NCBI GenBank assembly: GCA_016748015.1 | Contig: JAAOMT010000718.1 | Coordinates: forward strand, 248,001-312,000 | Direction of reading: 5' to 3' | Source: Geosiphon pyriformis uo1 | Taxonomy: Eukaryota; Fungi; Glomeromycota | DNA length: 64,000 bases | In this document: one piece after another, positions 42,001 to 54,278 of the stretch | How positions within the stretch are numbered: the stretch's first letter is position 1 | Layout: the number at the start of each line of letters is the position of its first letter | Notes under the pieces: model-generated | Database searches by the model: none | What the model was told of the DNA's origin: nothing | The model's input: the letters and a program-made list of their open reading frames with translations, nothing else | Program-made: the position numbers and the translations under genes

Positions 42001-43283
42001 ACTGCTGTCCATACTTGTCTGAAACAAAGACGATCATGGAAAAAGAAAGCAGAAAGAAAAACATACCTGGGAAACCACCATTGGCACTTGGATTGACAAC
42101 AACCAAAACGAGTTGCCATCTACACTAAGTTGGGAAGAAAAAGGGAAAAGAAAGGAAAGAGAAGACAACATACCAGAGGAAACCAAATCAACAAAAGACA
42201 CCACCAGTGGCTGGACAAGTTTGTACTCCATCCATGAGCCACTGCCACAACCACTACACATACTGCTCAAATACAAAAATTGTGGAAAAAAACTTTCTTC
42301 CATGGAAGCTTGGGTCACACCAGACAAAGATTACTGGACATGAACCCACTATTATTGCAAGCCTTGCCACCATGAATGGTATGGCTACCCAAAAAGACAA
42401 GACAAGTGGAACAACGAACCATGTCTCATTTGTGGCAAACAGTTGCTTGACGAAGGAATGTGGAACAACATTCCTGGTCGAAGAGGAATATACAATGCTT
42501 CATGCCAGTACACAATCTTCATCAGTGACTGGGTGAGTTGTGGCACGCCAATAACTGCCACTTGGCACCAAGCAATCTCTCACCTGGACAGATACCCACA
42601 TGATAAAGACGAGATCTGGTGAATGGTGAATGCCAAAATAGAAAGCACCATGCCCAACAAAATCTTGGAAATCAAGAACAATCCTCCAGAACCAGTTAAC
42701 ATTATCTTAATCCCAAACTCAGATGCTTTTTTTAACATTGAGACCAACCCAGAAGACTTCCACAAACATTATCAAAATTTAGCACCAACCAGAGAGAAAC
42801 AAGAAGAGTGGTTAGCACAGTTAAACACTCAATTATGTGACCACTGTTTAATCCCATGTGACTTTTAATATTGTAATGAATGTAACCTCATTTACAATCC
42901 ACCAATCCATATAATCTACATGATCCCAGAGGAAATCGAACCAATCAGCAGCTGTGCATCGGAATTAGAATTACCATTCAATCCTGATTCAAACTCCAAC
43001 AACGATGATAACAAAAACACTGGTTCCAGTTCTGTTCAAATTGGCAATAACAATAACGATGACGATTCCAACTCAAATTCAAACTCCAACCCAAAATATG
43101 AACAATACATTGCACTGCCAGACCTCTTCAAAGAACAGAAGTTGAAATGGTATAGTGATAATAATGAAGGTATCATACCAGAATGTGTGCATGATACTGA
43201 TGCTGGGTTTGATCTGAAATATCCTGAAAAAGATGTTATAAAATTGGAACCACATTCATGCATCTGCATAAATCTGAAAGTAG
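39095..43283 (+). pseudogene. Gypsy B gag-protease-Cys-rich-dUTPase (N-terminal part), many premature stops
   Basis: CHNCGKQGYIRANC knuckle ~40858, LILDSRSADS protease, HDTDAGFDLKYP dUTPase motif 1. Confidence 0.85.
39096..39112 (+). promoter_or_regulatory. Primer-binding site of Gypsy B
   Basis: TGG-initial 17-mer 2 nt after the LTR, complementary to a tRNA 3' end CCUCACAGGGAGCACCA. It resembles elongator Met or Ile(UAU) tRNA ends; not resolvable here. Confidence 0.75.
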
Positions 43284-46200
43284 TGTTACGGGTTGGAGTA
43301 ACAAGCTAACAGATAGCAAGGAAGAACAGGATTGTAGGGTGATGGAAATAATCAAAGAGAAATTCAACTTTAAAGAGCGAATTGAATGAGTATGAATTCA
43401 ATGTGCAAGATCAGTCTCATAAAATATCTCAGTTGCTATTCTTTTCAAAGATAACTGGGGAATCTAAAAGTAGAAGGATAGTCCGTACTGTCAACAATTG
43501 ATCACTATTGGTATAATTCTATGTCTCATGTCGGTGCTCTTAGAATTCAATATCAGGTATCAACTTGTGCTTTTCAGTCATGTTTATTTAAATAATCTTC
43601 AAATGCTACAATTATATACGTTAAGAAAAGGCCAACAAGTAATCTTTTATCTTAAGATGTTTGGATACTTGAAGGTAAGAAAAGAAAAATTAGCAATAAA
43701 AGAGTGATTGAGATAAAAGTTGTTATTTTTATTTATTTGATTCTTGTCTAAGAAATGATTTTCTACAGCTAAGAGACTTATTGCTTATATAGCTATTGAA
43801 AATAGTCAATGACCAGGTTAATGACTAGGTTAATGATTAGGTCAATGATCAGGTCAATAATCAGGTCAATGGTCAGGTCATTGATCAGGTCAATGATCAT
43901 TATCTAAAAATAGAGTGGCTAATTATATGACATCAGTGACTAATACATGTGATAACTAATAAAAATTATGGGTTTCAACCGTAACATCATTCTCTTCAAA
44001 GAGATTGAGCTCTGGCAAAATCAAGCCATTTATAGGGTATTCTAATTGAAGAGTTTTATCTAACTCAAAACTAACTAGTTTGTTGAAGTCTTTTGTGAAT
44101 AGAGTATATAGTACTTAAGGCAAAATAAGCTTTGTATCCAAGAAACCAAATCTTTGTATAAGAATTTTGGCTCTTTTTGCAATGGTCAAAACTCTTGGGA
44201 CATCTAAACATATAATGCCCAAAATTTCCACTTGTATCTCTGAAGTTGTTTTCTTCATGAGCTTCATTTCTTCTATGATTTCACCAAAATGACCATAGAG
44301 TTCTAGTTGCCTTCCATATGACAAGTTTTTGTCTATGGGCAAGATTTCCTTAATCATTTTTCCAATTGTCATAGAAAGTGTAAGTATTGCTGCTGTTATG
44401 CTTTCCAGCAAATACTTATCTATTTTGCTACCAATTCTTTCTCTTCTGGTAGTGGTTTTCTTTGGTCTAATAACAGTATGTGTTCTACTGTTATCAGTTA
44501 TGGTGGTTTGTTTTCCAATGGTCAGAATAGCATTTGAATAATTTTTGATTCAGTACTCATGGAGAGTATAGAAAACATTTTGAATGTTTTGATCTAGAAA
44601 ATAATTGTTCATATTGATTGAAGATACCTCTGTTTTGGGAATGGTGTATTTATTTATATCTAATTTTTGTTGATCATTTGGGTTGGTATTACCACAACAG
44701 GTAACCAATTAGGTCATTTGTAATATTTCTTGAGTCGTGTGTCATGAACAGGGTGATCATTGAAGATTGTTCTATATTGATTTTGTAAGATATAAGAACC
44801 ATTGTTTAAAACTTTGTTGACTATAAAGAGTCCTTTCCATTGGCTAGAGAATTTATCACCATAGACATTGTCTCTGTCTGAATGGTATTCTAAAACTAAG
44901 TTACCAACACTTAAGGAAAGTGTTTTATATGTTTTCTTTTTTTTAAGCTTCTCTTAGAATTGTTTTATCTTTTCAAAGGCAATTATTTGTGCTTCTACTA
45001 ATAAGTCAAAAATAGTACCAAGTCTTCTTTGCAAAATGTCTTTGTAATTCTCTATTGTTATTTCTTCAAAGGGTATTGTTTCAATATCAGTTTCTATTGG
45101 TAGGATTGCCATTCATCCATAGAGTAGATAAAAGAATTCATAACTTGTTATGTTATGATTCACAGTTCTATAAGCAAACAAAGCTGAAGGCAGTACTTTG
45201 TTCCATAAGTTTGTTTTTTCACTGGTTTTGGCTAGGGTTTCACATAGTGTTCTATTGAAACGTTTTACTAGGCCATTTGTTTGGAGGTAATAAGGAGAGG
45301 AAAGTTTGTGACATATTTCTATTTTTCTGCAAAGTTCTTTAACAAGTGTACTGAGAAAAGCTCTTCTTCTGTTAGATAAAAGTTTTTTGGGGCAGCCATG
45401 GTGACAAATGATATCTTTATAAATGAAATTGGCTATTGAGACTGCTGTTTGGTTTGGAGTGGCTCTTGCTTCTACCCACTTTGTAAGATAGTCTGGAGTG
45501 GCTCTTGCTTCTACCCACTTTGTAAGATAGTCGGTAATTGTGATAATGTATCTGTTGCCATCAAGAGTTATTGTTAAAGATCCAACAATATCTATACCAA
45601 TTCTGTCAAAGAGTTGACCAACAGAGATTGGATGGATATCTTCTTTGCGATTGGGTTTTCCTTTTCTTTGACAGATATTACAGGTTTTGATGTATTCAGC
45701 AATGTCTTTTCCCAAGGTAGGCCAATAATAGTAAGCTAGAGTTTTCTGAATTGTTTTTGTTTTTCCAAAGTGTCCAGCTAATAGATCAGTGTGCATATTG
45801 TAGATCACAATTTCTCTTTTTTCAAATCTGATGACTCTCTGGAGGTGGTCAGGATTTTTTCTATTTTTTTTATAAAGTTGGTTTTGGTGAATCAAATAAA
45901 AATTTGATTGTTTGCGCAAATGTTCTCTTTGTTGTCATGTGTATTTTGGTGGGTATTGTCCTTTACCCAAAAATTCTATTAAGACAGAGTAGTTGTCCAA
46001 GTCCATTATCGTGTTTGTCAAAAAGGGGGGGAATTATTAATAATTAAGTTGGTTTTGTTTGAGAGGGTTGTTCTGTCACTGGATGGTAAGTCTGGAGAGA
46101 GCGTCGGCATTTTGATAATTAGCTCCTTTGCAATGTTGAATATCATAGTTGAATTCATCTAAGTGGAGTATCCAGCAAGTTATCCGTTTGTGTTCTAGCC

Positions 46201-49200
46201 TCTTTTTGTTGCACAGCCAAACCAAAGCTTGGTGATCTGTTATCACCAAAAACTTCACACCAAGAAGATACTTGCTCCAGTAACTGGTGGACCATACTAC
46301 TGCTAAGCATTCTTGTTCAGTGACTGAATAGTTCTGTTCTGCTGGGGAAAGAGTTCTACTGGCATAGGCTATGGCATGTTCTTTGCTATCTTCATCTTTC
46401 TAAGAGAGAATAGTACCAAGTCCAAAGCCAGATGCATCAGTATGGAGAATAAAGGGTTGATCTAGATCAGGTTGCTTGAGGATGGGTTTTGTAACCAGTT
46501 TTTCCTTTAAAGTTTCAAAGACTTTTTGCTGATGTGTTCCCCAATGGTAATTGACATTTTTCCTGAGTAGCTGATTGAGAGGAGAGGCGATTTTGGAGAA
46601 ATCCTTGACAAATTTGTGATAATAAGAGGCCAAACCAAGAAAAGAGCATAGTTCATAAATGTTCATTGGTTGTTTGATGTTTTGGACTTTTTCAACTTTG
46701 GCTGGGTCAGGAAAGATTCCATCTTTTGTAATAAGATGACCAAGGAACTGGGTGGATTGTCTTCCAAAGAAAGATTTGATTGGGTTGATCTTAAGGCCAG
46801 CATTTCTAAGGAGGTCAAAAACCTTTTGCAAATGTTTCAGGTATTCATTCCAGATTTTTGAATATACCATTATGTCATCCAAATAGACTAGAACAAAGTT
46901 TTCCTTAACTGATTCAAATATTTTATCCATTAAGTGTTGAAAGATGGGAGGGGCATTGGTGAGACCAAAAGACATGACTGTGAATTTATAGGTGTCATAC
47001 TTGGTGATAAAAGCAGTTTTCTTTCTGCTTTTTGGATCCATCTCTACTTGCTAGAATCCAGCAGTTAAGTCGATAGTTGAGAAGAAAGCAGCATCCTTGA
47101 ATTGGTCTAACATTGCATCAATCTTGAGAAGTGAATACATGTCTCTTTCAGTGATGGCATTTAATTGGTGATAGTCAACACAGAAGCATAGTGTTTTACC
47201 TTTCTTGAATACTACTACAACTGGGAAAGCCCATTCACTTTTGGTTTCTTGTATGAATCTAAGTTTTTTCATCCAGTTTATCTCTTTCTTGATAAACTCA
47301 TCATTGTGCCAATTGGATTGATAAGGCTTCAAATGGATGGGTCGAGTTTCTCTGGTGGTGATGGTATGTTGTATCACATAAGTATGTCCAGGGGTATTAT
47401 CTTCTTTGGAGATAACTGGGCTATTTCTAGCCAGCAAATTTTCAATGTCTATTTTTCTTTCTTCTGGGGAGAGTTTTTTTTGTTCTACAACCAGTAATTG
47501 GATTTCAAGTGGTTCATTCTCAAAGAACTTCTGTACTTCTTTCAATTCTTCTTTGGGTATCAAACTGATTGGTTCCCAATCTTTGTAATAGATCAGGCAT
47601 GATTTGCATTCATCGCTTGGAGAATACAAGGGTTTGTTGCACCAACACCTGGCACAAGGACCATGCCACCAAAAACTGTATTTGGCTTTTTTGCCAGGTT
47701 TTTTTTCAAAGATTCTTCTAAGAATATCATAATAAGGCCAGCAGATTAGCTTGCCATTTACAATAATTCCTTCTTTATCTGCTTTAATATTGTCCAGTGG
47801 TTTGCCATTGTTGGTAAAGGTGGTATAGGTGAGTTTAGCAGTTTCTTTTTGTTCTTTTTGTTCTTCTTCTTTATCGCTCTCTTCATCATTTGATTGTTCT
47901 TCTTCTTGGTTTTGTTTGGGTACTGGGGGAGTTGTCCAATGGCAACACTTAACCACAATGGATTTCTTACCACATCTGATGGTTAATTCACAAAGTTCAT
48001 AATCAAGCAAAGCTTTTGCTTTCTTAAGCCATTCATTGTCAACAATGATGATGTATTCCTTGGCTTCAGAAACTTTCATGTCAGTTTCAATGCTGATTCT
48101 ATTGATGTGGACAGAAATAGCTTTGGCAATACCTAGTTCTTTCTTTTTGTCACCATGTACGTTGGTTATTGGTCTGGTGGAAGATTCATCAATCTTTCTA
48201 CCAATTGCTTCCAAAAAGTGTTTGGCAATGACACTAACAGATGATCTACTGTCTAGAATTAAGTCAATGAAGTATCCAGCCACTTGGGCTTTACAAATCA
48301 GAGAGGTAACATTGCTGTTGTCAGCAAATTCAGCTTGGTGAGGGCACTTGTTGGTTTTTGGTGTCTTCTTCTTTGGAATCAAGGATTGTGAAGATCTTTT
48401 CTGAACTGTGGGTGGGTCATTAACTGGCCAAAAGTAATATGTGCTGGAGTTTCCATGAGATCTTTAACAACAGAATAGGGTCCAGATTTTTGTACAATTT
48501 CTGGGGGTTCCAACTTTGGGAAATTCTTAAAAACTTTAGTCTTTGGTGGCTTATTGTTATCAGCAGCAGAAGTTGAGGCTTTGTTGGGGTTTAAAACGAA
48601 ATCAACCTTGGCTTTCTTCTTCTTTCTGGTTGGTTCTAAGGTGTTGATTGCTAGTTCATCCATGTTATGGTCATTATCAGTTAAGTTAAAAGTGTAAAAG
48701 GGGTTTTCTTCTGGTTGGCTTGCACTCTCACCCTTTGGAGGTGCACCTACCAGTTTAAAGGCTGATAAACAGTGGCTTTAACTAGGGAATCTTCTCCAAA
48801 GAAATTGATGTTGGCATGATTGGGTCTTTGATTGGGAACATTGTTGTTGTTGTTGAGTTTGTTGTTTTGGTTGTCATTGTTTTTGGGAGCTAGAGGAGGC
48901 AGTGGAAGATTGTTACAATCTCTTGAATAATGTCCAGTTAATTCACAACAATAGCACACAAGTGGGCCACAATTTTGCTGTCTTTGATAGGGAGATTGCT
49001 GGGGCTGGTTAAAATGAGGTTCGTATTTAGGTCTTGGTAGTTGCTAGTTATCTCTAACTGCTTGTGCCAAAGGTTCTAATAACTGGGCAAGATTGGTTGT
49101 GAGTCTATCAATTAATTGTTCATTTGGATCTTGAGTTTGGGCAGCAAAAGAAGCAGCAGCCATTTGAGGGGCAGGAGCCATGATAGAAGCAGGAGCAAAA

Positions 49201-51010
49201 ACTGAAAGTGTAGATCCCAAATGTATTCTTTGGTTGTCTTCAATTCATTGGACAAGTTCAATGGCCATGTTCATTGTAGGGTTGTCTTTTAGGGCCAAGA
49301 AAGGCCAAAGAGCATAAGATAAATTGGTTTTCAATCCTTTTGTGAAAGAATGAATCTTTTGTTCTTCTGTCCAGTTTCTCTCAAAGTCTACACGTTTGAT
49401 TAGCTTTCTAATAGCTTTGGCATATTCAGTCACTACTTCTCCAGGGCCTTGGGTTCTTCTTTCTAATTCCATGCGCCATTTGGATATTAATATTGGGGTT
49501 CTGAATTTGGCCTCAAATTGGGTAGTGAAAGAGATATTTTCTTCTTCAGCATTGATTGGTGTCCATCTGATTATTCTGTGTTGAGCATTGGCATCTGTTT
49601 TTTGTGAGAACCAGGTAGCAGGAGAGTCTTGAAGGTAGCCACCAATGATTTAGAACTTGTATTTTTTATCATACTGGTTGGCTGTGATAGCTCTCTCAAA
49701 ATCATCCAACCATTCAATTGGATCTTGTGCATCACCTCTAAATAGTGGTAGTGGAGTATTGTTTCTTCTTTCTAGAGCAGTTTGTATATCTTGGAGAGCG
49801 GCCAGAATGTTTGCTTGCATGGGGTTATTAGCCATTGGTTCAGAGGTAACTGTTTGTGTAAACAAGTCTGATTCACTTGATAAAAGATCAAAAACAGAGG
49901 CAGTTTGGTAGCTTTCTTCTTCTGTTTCAAAGGAAGTTTCAGTTGTTTGATGGGCAGCAATCCAAATGTGGATTTGATGATTCAGATATTTGAAATCAGA
50001 AGGCTGTTGTTCAAAGGTTGCAGAATATAAGAGCTGATTAATACTGTTGTTTCTTTCTTCAAAGTCATTTTCAAAATAAGCTTGGTTAAAGTAATAGGTT
50101 GTATAAACTATGTAGGTTTCAGCTGAATGCTCATTCAGAAACCAGTTCCAAAAGTCTTGGAATTGTCTACTGGATTGTTCTTCAAGGGAGAAGCAGATCA
50201 AGCAGGAGGGCAGAGGATTAAGTTCAATGAAATCTAGGTTGTTTCTATTGTGTGCTGTAAAGTGTTCTTCTGATTGCTGTGGCAGATATAAGTAATTACC
50301 CATACAATAAGGGAATAAGTGAATTTTGACAATCTCATAGAGAGCACCACTTTTATGTTATGTGTTGGAATAACAAGCTAATGGATAGCAAAGGAGAACA
50401 GAATTGTAGGGTGATGGAAATAATCAAAAGAAAATTCAACTTTAAAGAGCAAATTAAATGAGTATGAATTCAATGTGCAAGATCAGTCTCATAAAATATC
50501 TCAGTCGCTATTTTTTTCAAAAATAATTGGGGAATTTGAAGGTAGAAAGATAGTCCGTACTGTCAACAATTGATCACCACTGGTATAATTCTATGTCTCA
50601 TGTTAGCACTTTTAGAATTCAATATCAGGTATCAACTTGTGCTTTTCAGTCACGTTTATTTAAATAATCTTCAAATACTACAATTATATACGTTAGGAAA
50701 AGGCCAACAAGTAATCTTTTATCCTAAGATGTTCAGATACTTGAAGATAAGGAAAGAGAAATTAGCGATAAGAGAGTAATTGAGATGAAAGTTGTTATTT
50801 TTATTTATTTAATTCTTGTTTGAGAGATGATTTTCTACAGCTAAGAGACTCATTGCTTATATAGCTATTGAAAGTGGTCAATGATCAGGTCAACAGTCAG
50901 GTCATTGATCAGGTCAATGATAACTATCTAAAAATAAAATGGCTAATTATATGACATCAGTGACTAATACATGTGATAACTAATAAAAATTATGGGTTTC
51001 AACCGTAACA
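43284..51010 (-). mobile_element. Ty3/Gypsy LTR retrotransposon C (distinct family) inserted in the dUTPase of B
   Basis: LTRs 43284-43986 and 50356-51010, perfect TSD GTAG/GTAG, PBS TGGTGCTCTCTATGAG ~50334-50349. Gag 50303-, CCHC CYCCELTGHYSRDC, protease LILDSRSS, RT YLDD, RH HTDASG to stop 46076, integrase 46006-44714, 3' ORF from 44612. Confidence 0.94.
44714..46006 (-). pseudogene. Gypsy C integrase as a stand-alone ORF
   Basis: Own ATG at 46006 (MDLDNYSVLIEFL), HHCC (H..GH...CNICQ), core FDRIGIDIVG, ends KKYYK*. Internal stops present. Confidence 0.8.
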
Positions 51011-51014
51011 GTAG

Positions 51015-53131
51015 CACTGGAAATTTCAGCAACAACAATGGTTCAACTAGCATCTAGGAGTAGTTTAGTGAAAAGAGAGATTAATATAAGAAGAGGAATA
51101 ATTGACACAGAATATGTAGAAAATATCATTGCTATACTACAAAATAACTCTGAAAAGACCTATATCATAGAGCCAAATGAAAAAATAGCACAGGCAATAT
51201 TCCTGCCTCTGATGAAAATAGCTCAATTAATATTAGTGGGAAATAAGGAGGAATTAGGGATAACAGCAAGAGGAATACAGAGATTTGAATCAACGGATAG
51301 AATAGATGTACCAGTCAATATGGCAGAAGAAAAAATTATTGACCAAGGAGAAATTATCTCAATGAGTCAAGCAATTTCCATTCCACCATATGGCCAGTAC
51401 ATGGTAGTGATAAAGCAGGAAGTAAAAGAACAGAATCAGATTTTTAAAGCAGAACCAACTCTTTGTGAATCAGGAGAGATTGGACTCATCAATCTCTATA
51501 TACTAGCCAAAGATTACAGCCACATTAAAATTCCTATCTATAATAACACAAGAAAAGTCATAGTAATACCAGCTGGAACCACCATTGGATACTTAAGCAC
51601 TGAAATAAAAAATCAACCACCAAGCACCATTTTGGACTTTCCATAGCTTTGTGGATATGTTGATATCACATCACAAACAATATACAGACAAAATAAATAT
51701 TATTTGTTCCAACCAGAGCAATTGGAACAAATGAACATGGGAAACTTAGATCCACTCCAACATATACAGCTCAAGATATTGCTCAACAATTTCAATGACA
51801 TCTTTGCCAGTAAAAACAAGTTTGGCCGAACTGACATCATCCAGCATCAGATCAAGACTGGAGATGTAATGCCAATTAAACAAAGAGCATACAGAGTACC
51901 ACCAGCTAGCCATGAAATCATTTATCAAGAGATAAACCAAATGCTTAACAATGGGCTAATTTAACTATCAATGAGCCCATGGTCATCACCAGTGGTACTT
52001 GTCCAAAAGAAGAATGGAAAAATCTGATTTTGTGTAGATTACAGGAAACTCAATGGTGTAATTCATGGAGACAACTATTCAATTCCAAGAATACAAAAAT
52101 TATTCAACACTTTTGGTGGAAACAAATGGTTTTCAACATTAGACTTGGACAATGGTTATTGGCAAGTAGCCATGAATCCAGCTGACAAAGAGAAGATGGC
52201 ATTCACCACAAGAGAAGGGAATTTCGAATTTGAAGTAATGCCATTTGGCTTAACCAATGTCCCAACAACCTTCCAACAGCTAATAAAAATTGTGTACACT
52301 GGCTTATTGTGGAAATCAGTAGTTGTGTACTTGGACAACACCAATGTATTCTTAAGAACATTTGATGATTATCTCCATTATTTTCAACAAGTGTTCAAAA
52401 AGCTAAAAAAAGCAGGACTAAAGTTAAATGCAACAAAGTGCTTCTTTGACAAGACAGAACTAAAATTTTTGGGACACATAGTTAGCAAAGATGGCATCAA
52501 AACAGATCCAGAGAAAATAGAGATAGTAAAGAACTTTCCAGTACCAACTAATATGACTGAATTGAAATCATTCTTGGGATTCGCAAGCTATTATCGACAT
52601 TTTATAAAGAACTTTTCAAAGATAGCTCAACTGCTCAATAATCTGCAAACCAAGAATACAAAATATGAATAGACAGAAAGTCAACAAGAAGCTTTTAATA
52701 TTCTGAAAAGAAAGCTCATTCAAGCTCCAGTACTGATCTACCCAGATTACAACAAACCATTCATTATTACTACTGATGTATCAGACCAAGCATTGAGAGT
52801 AGTACTATCTCAGAAGGGACCAGATGGCAGAGAACATCCAATAACATATGCCAGCCGAGGTCTAACACCAGCTGAAAAGAACTATGGAACACCAGAACTA
52901 GAACATTTAGCAATCTATTGGGCAGTTATGAAGTGAAACAAATACTTGAGCCAAAAGTTTGATATATACACAGATTATAAAGGGTTAACATCACTTCAAA
53001 AGCAAGAATTTGATGATGGCCGTCAATCCAAATGAAAAATAGCACTCTCATGATATACTTATACTATACACTATAAGAAAAAAAAAGACAATGGAAATGC
53101 TGACGGCTTGTTGCAAATAAGACAAATCTAA
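51015..53131 (+). pseudogene. Gypsy B dUTPase (C-terminal part)-RT-RNase H
   Basis: RSSL, GIIDTEY, EKIAQAIF, RGIQRFEST (dUTPase motifs 2-5), then VMPFGLTN, YLDN, TTDVS. Confidence 0.87.
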
Positions 53132-53630
53132 GAACATTTCAACTCAAAAATATAACAAAACCAGAACAATACCAACGAAAATATAACAAAAGATAAACAT
53201 ACAAAAATATCAACAACTTCAACATTATATAAACACTCAACAATTCAAGGAGAATTTATCTCAAACAGAATGAAAGAGTATTAAATAACAATCAAAATAT
53301 TTTATTACTCACCAAAATATACTTTATCAGAAAAATAGAAAATTTGATCCCAAATGGAATGGACTATTTCACATAGAAGAAATTCTAGAAAATGGAGCTT
53401 ACAAATTAAAATTAAATAACAAAATCTTGACCAAAGCAGCACATGAAGATTGACTGAAACCATACCACCATATAACATCATTATCTACCAGTAATATTTT
53501 ACAACTGGGAGTACAGAGAATACTAGTCCAACCAGATGAGATTCCATGAGATCTAGAACTAATCATTATCATTGATAACAACACATCTAATTAATTAACA
53601 GAAAGAACATATAAAGACATAGTTGACATA

Positions 53631-54278
53631 ATGAAAAAACACAAAAAAATGGAAATTACCAACAACATCCATTCATTAGCACAACAAATCTTTCAATTAA
53701 TCCAACACCAGAAGATGGAAATTACAATCAATCAACAAACCATTCAATACAAAAGTACTGCAAGGATACCACAACACAAAGTACAGAGAAAACTTGAAAA
53801 TGTTGTTGACAAGATTATGATTAAGATAAAATTGGCCATAAAAGAACAACAAATAGTTGGATTACACCAAGAACTTACCAGAGAAACTTGGACTTGGTGG
53901 ATGCAACAATTTCCAAAAAACTATTGTTATTTTCACTTGGAACAACATGTAAATATCCAGAATTTATACACCAACAAAACAAAATGGTTATTTGACACAA
54001 CAATACTGAAACAACTAGAACAATTTGTAAGAAAGAACAATCTAACCACACAAACTTGAGCCATTTACCAGTTATATATGGGATTTCAAGACCAACCAAA
54101 AATCTTATTCAACACAGCAATAGATACAGTTATGAGTAATCAATTGGGAAAAATGACCAACACCCAATTTGAAGAATTACAAACTCAAATAACACAAGTA
54201 ATACTCGAAAAAGAAGTTCAAGAAATAATTCAAGAGGGGGAATTAAAAGAGTTAGATTTCAATGGAGCTCAATATTAA
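53631..54278 (+). pseudogene. Extra 3' ORF of Gypsy B (unknown function), one internal stop
   Basis: ORFs 53631-54059 and 54078-54278 are in the same frame and end ELDFNGAQY* at the PPT. Homologue in A at ~37890-36356. Confidence 0.7.

Noticed and set aside
53631-54278. Calling the 3' ORF an env gene
   Set aside because: No signal peptide, furin site or transmembrane anchor visible.
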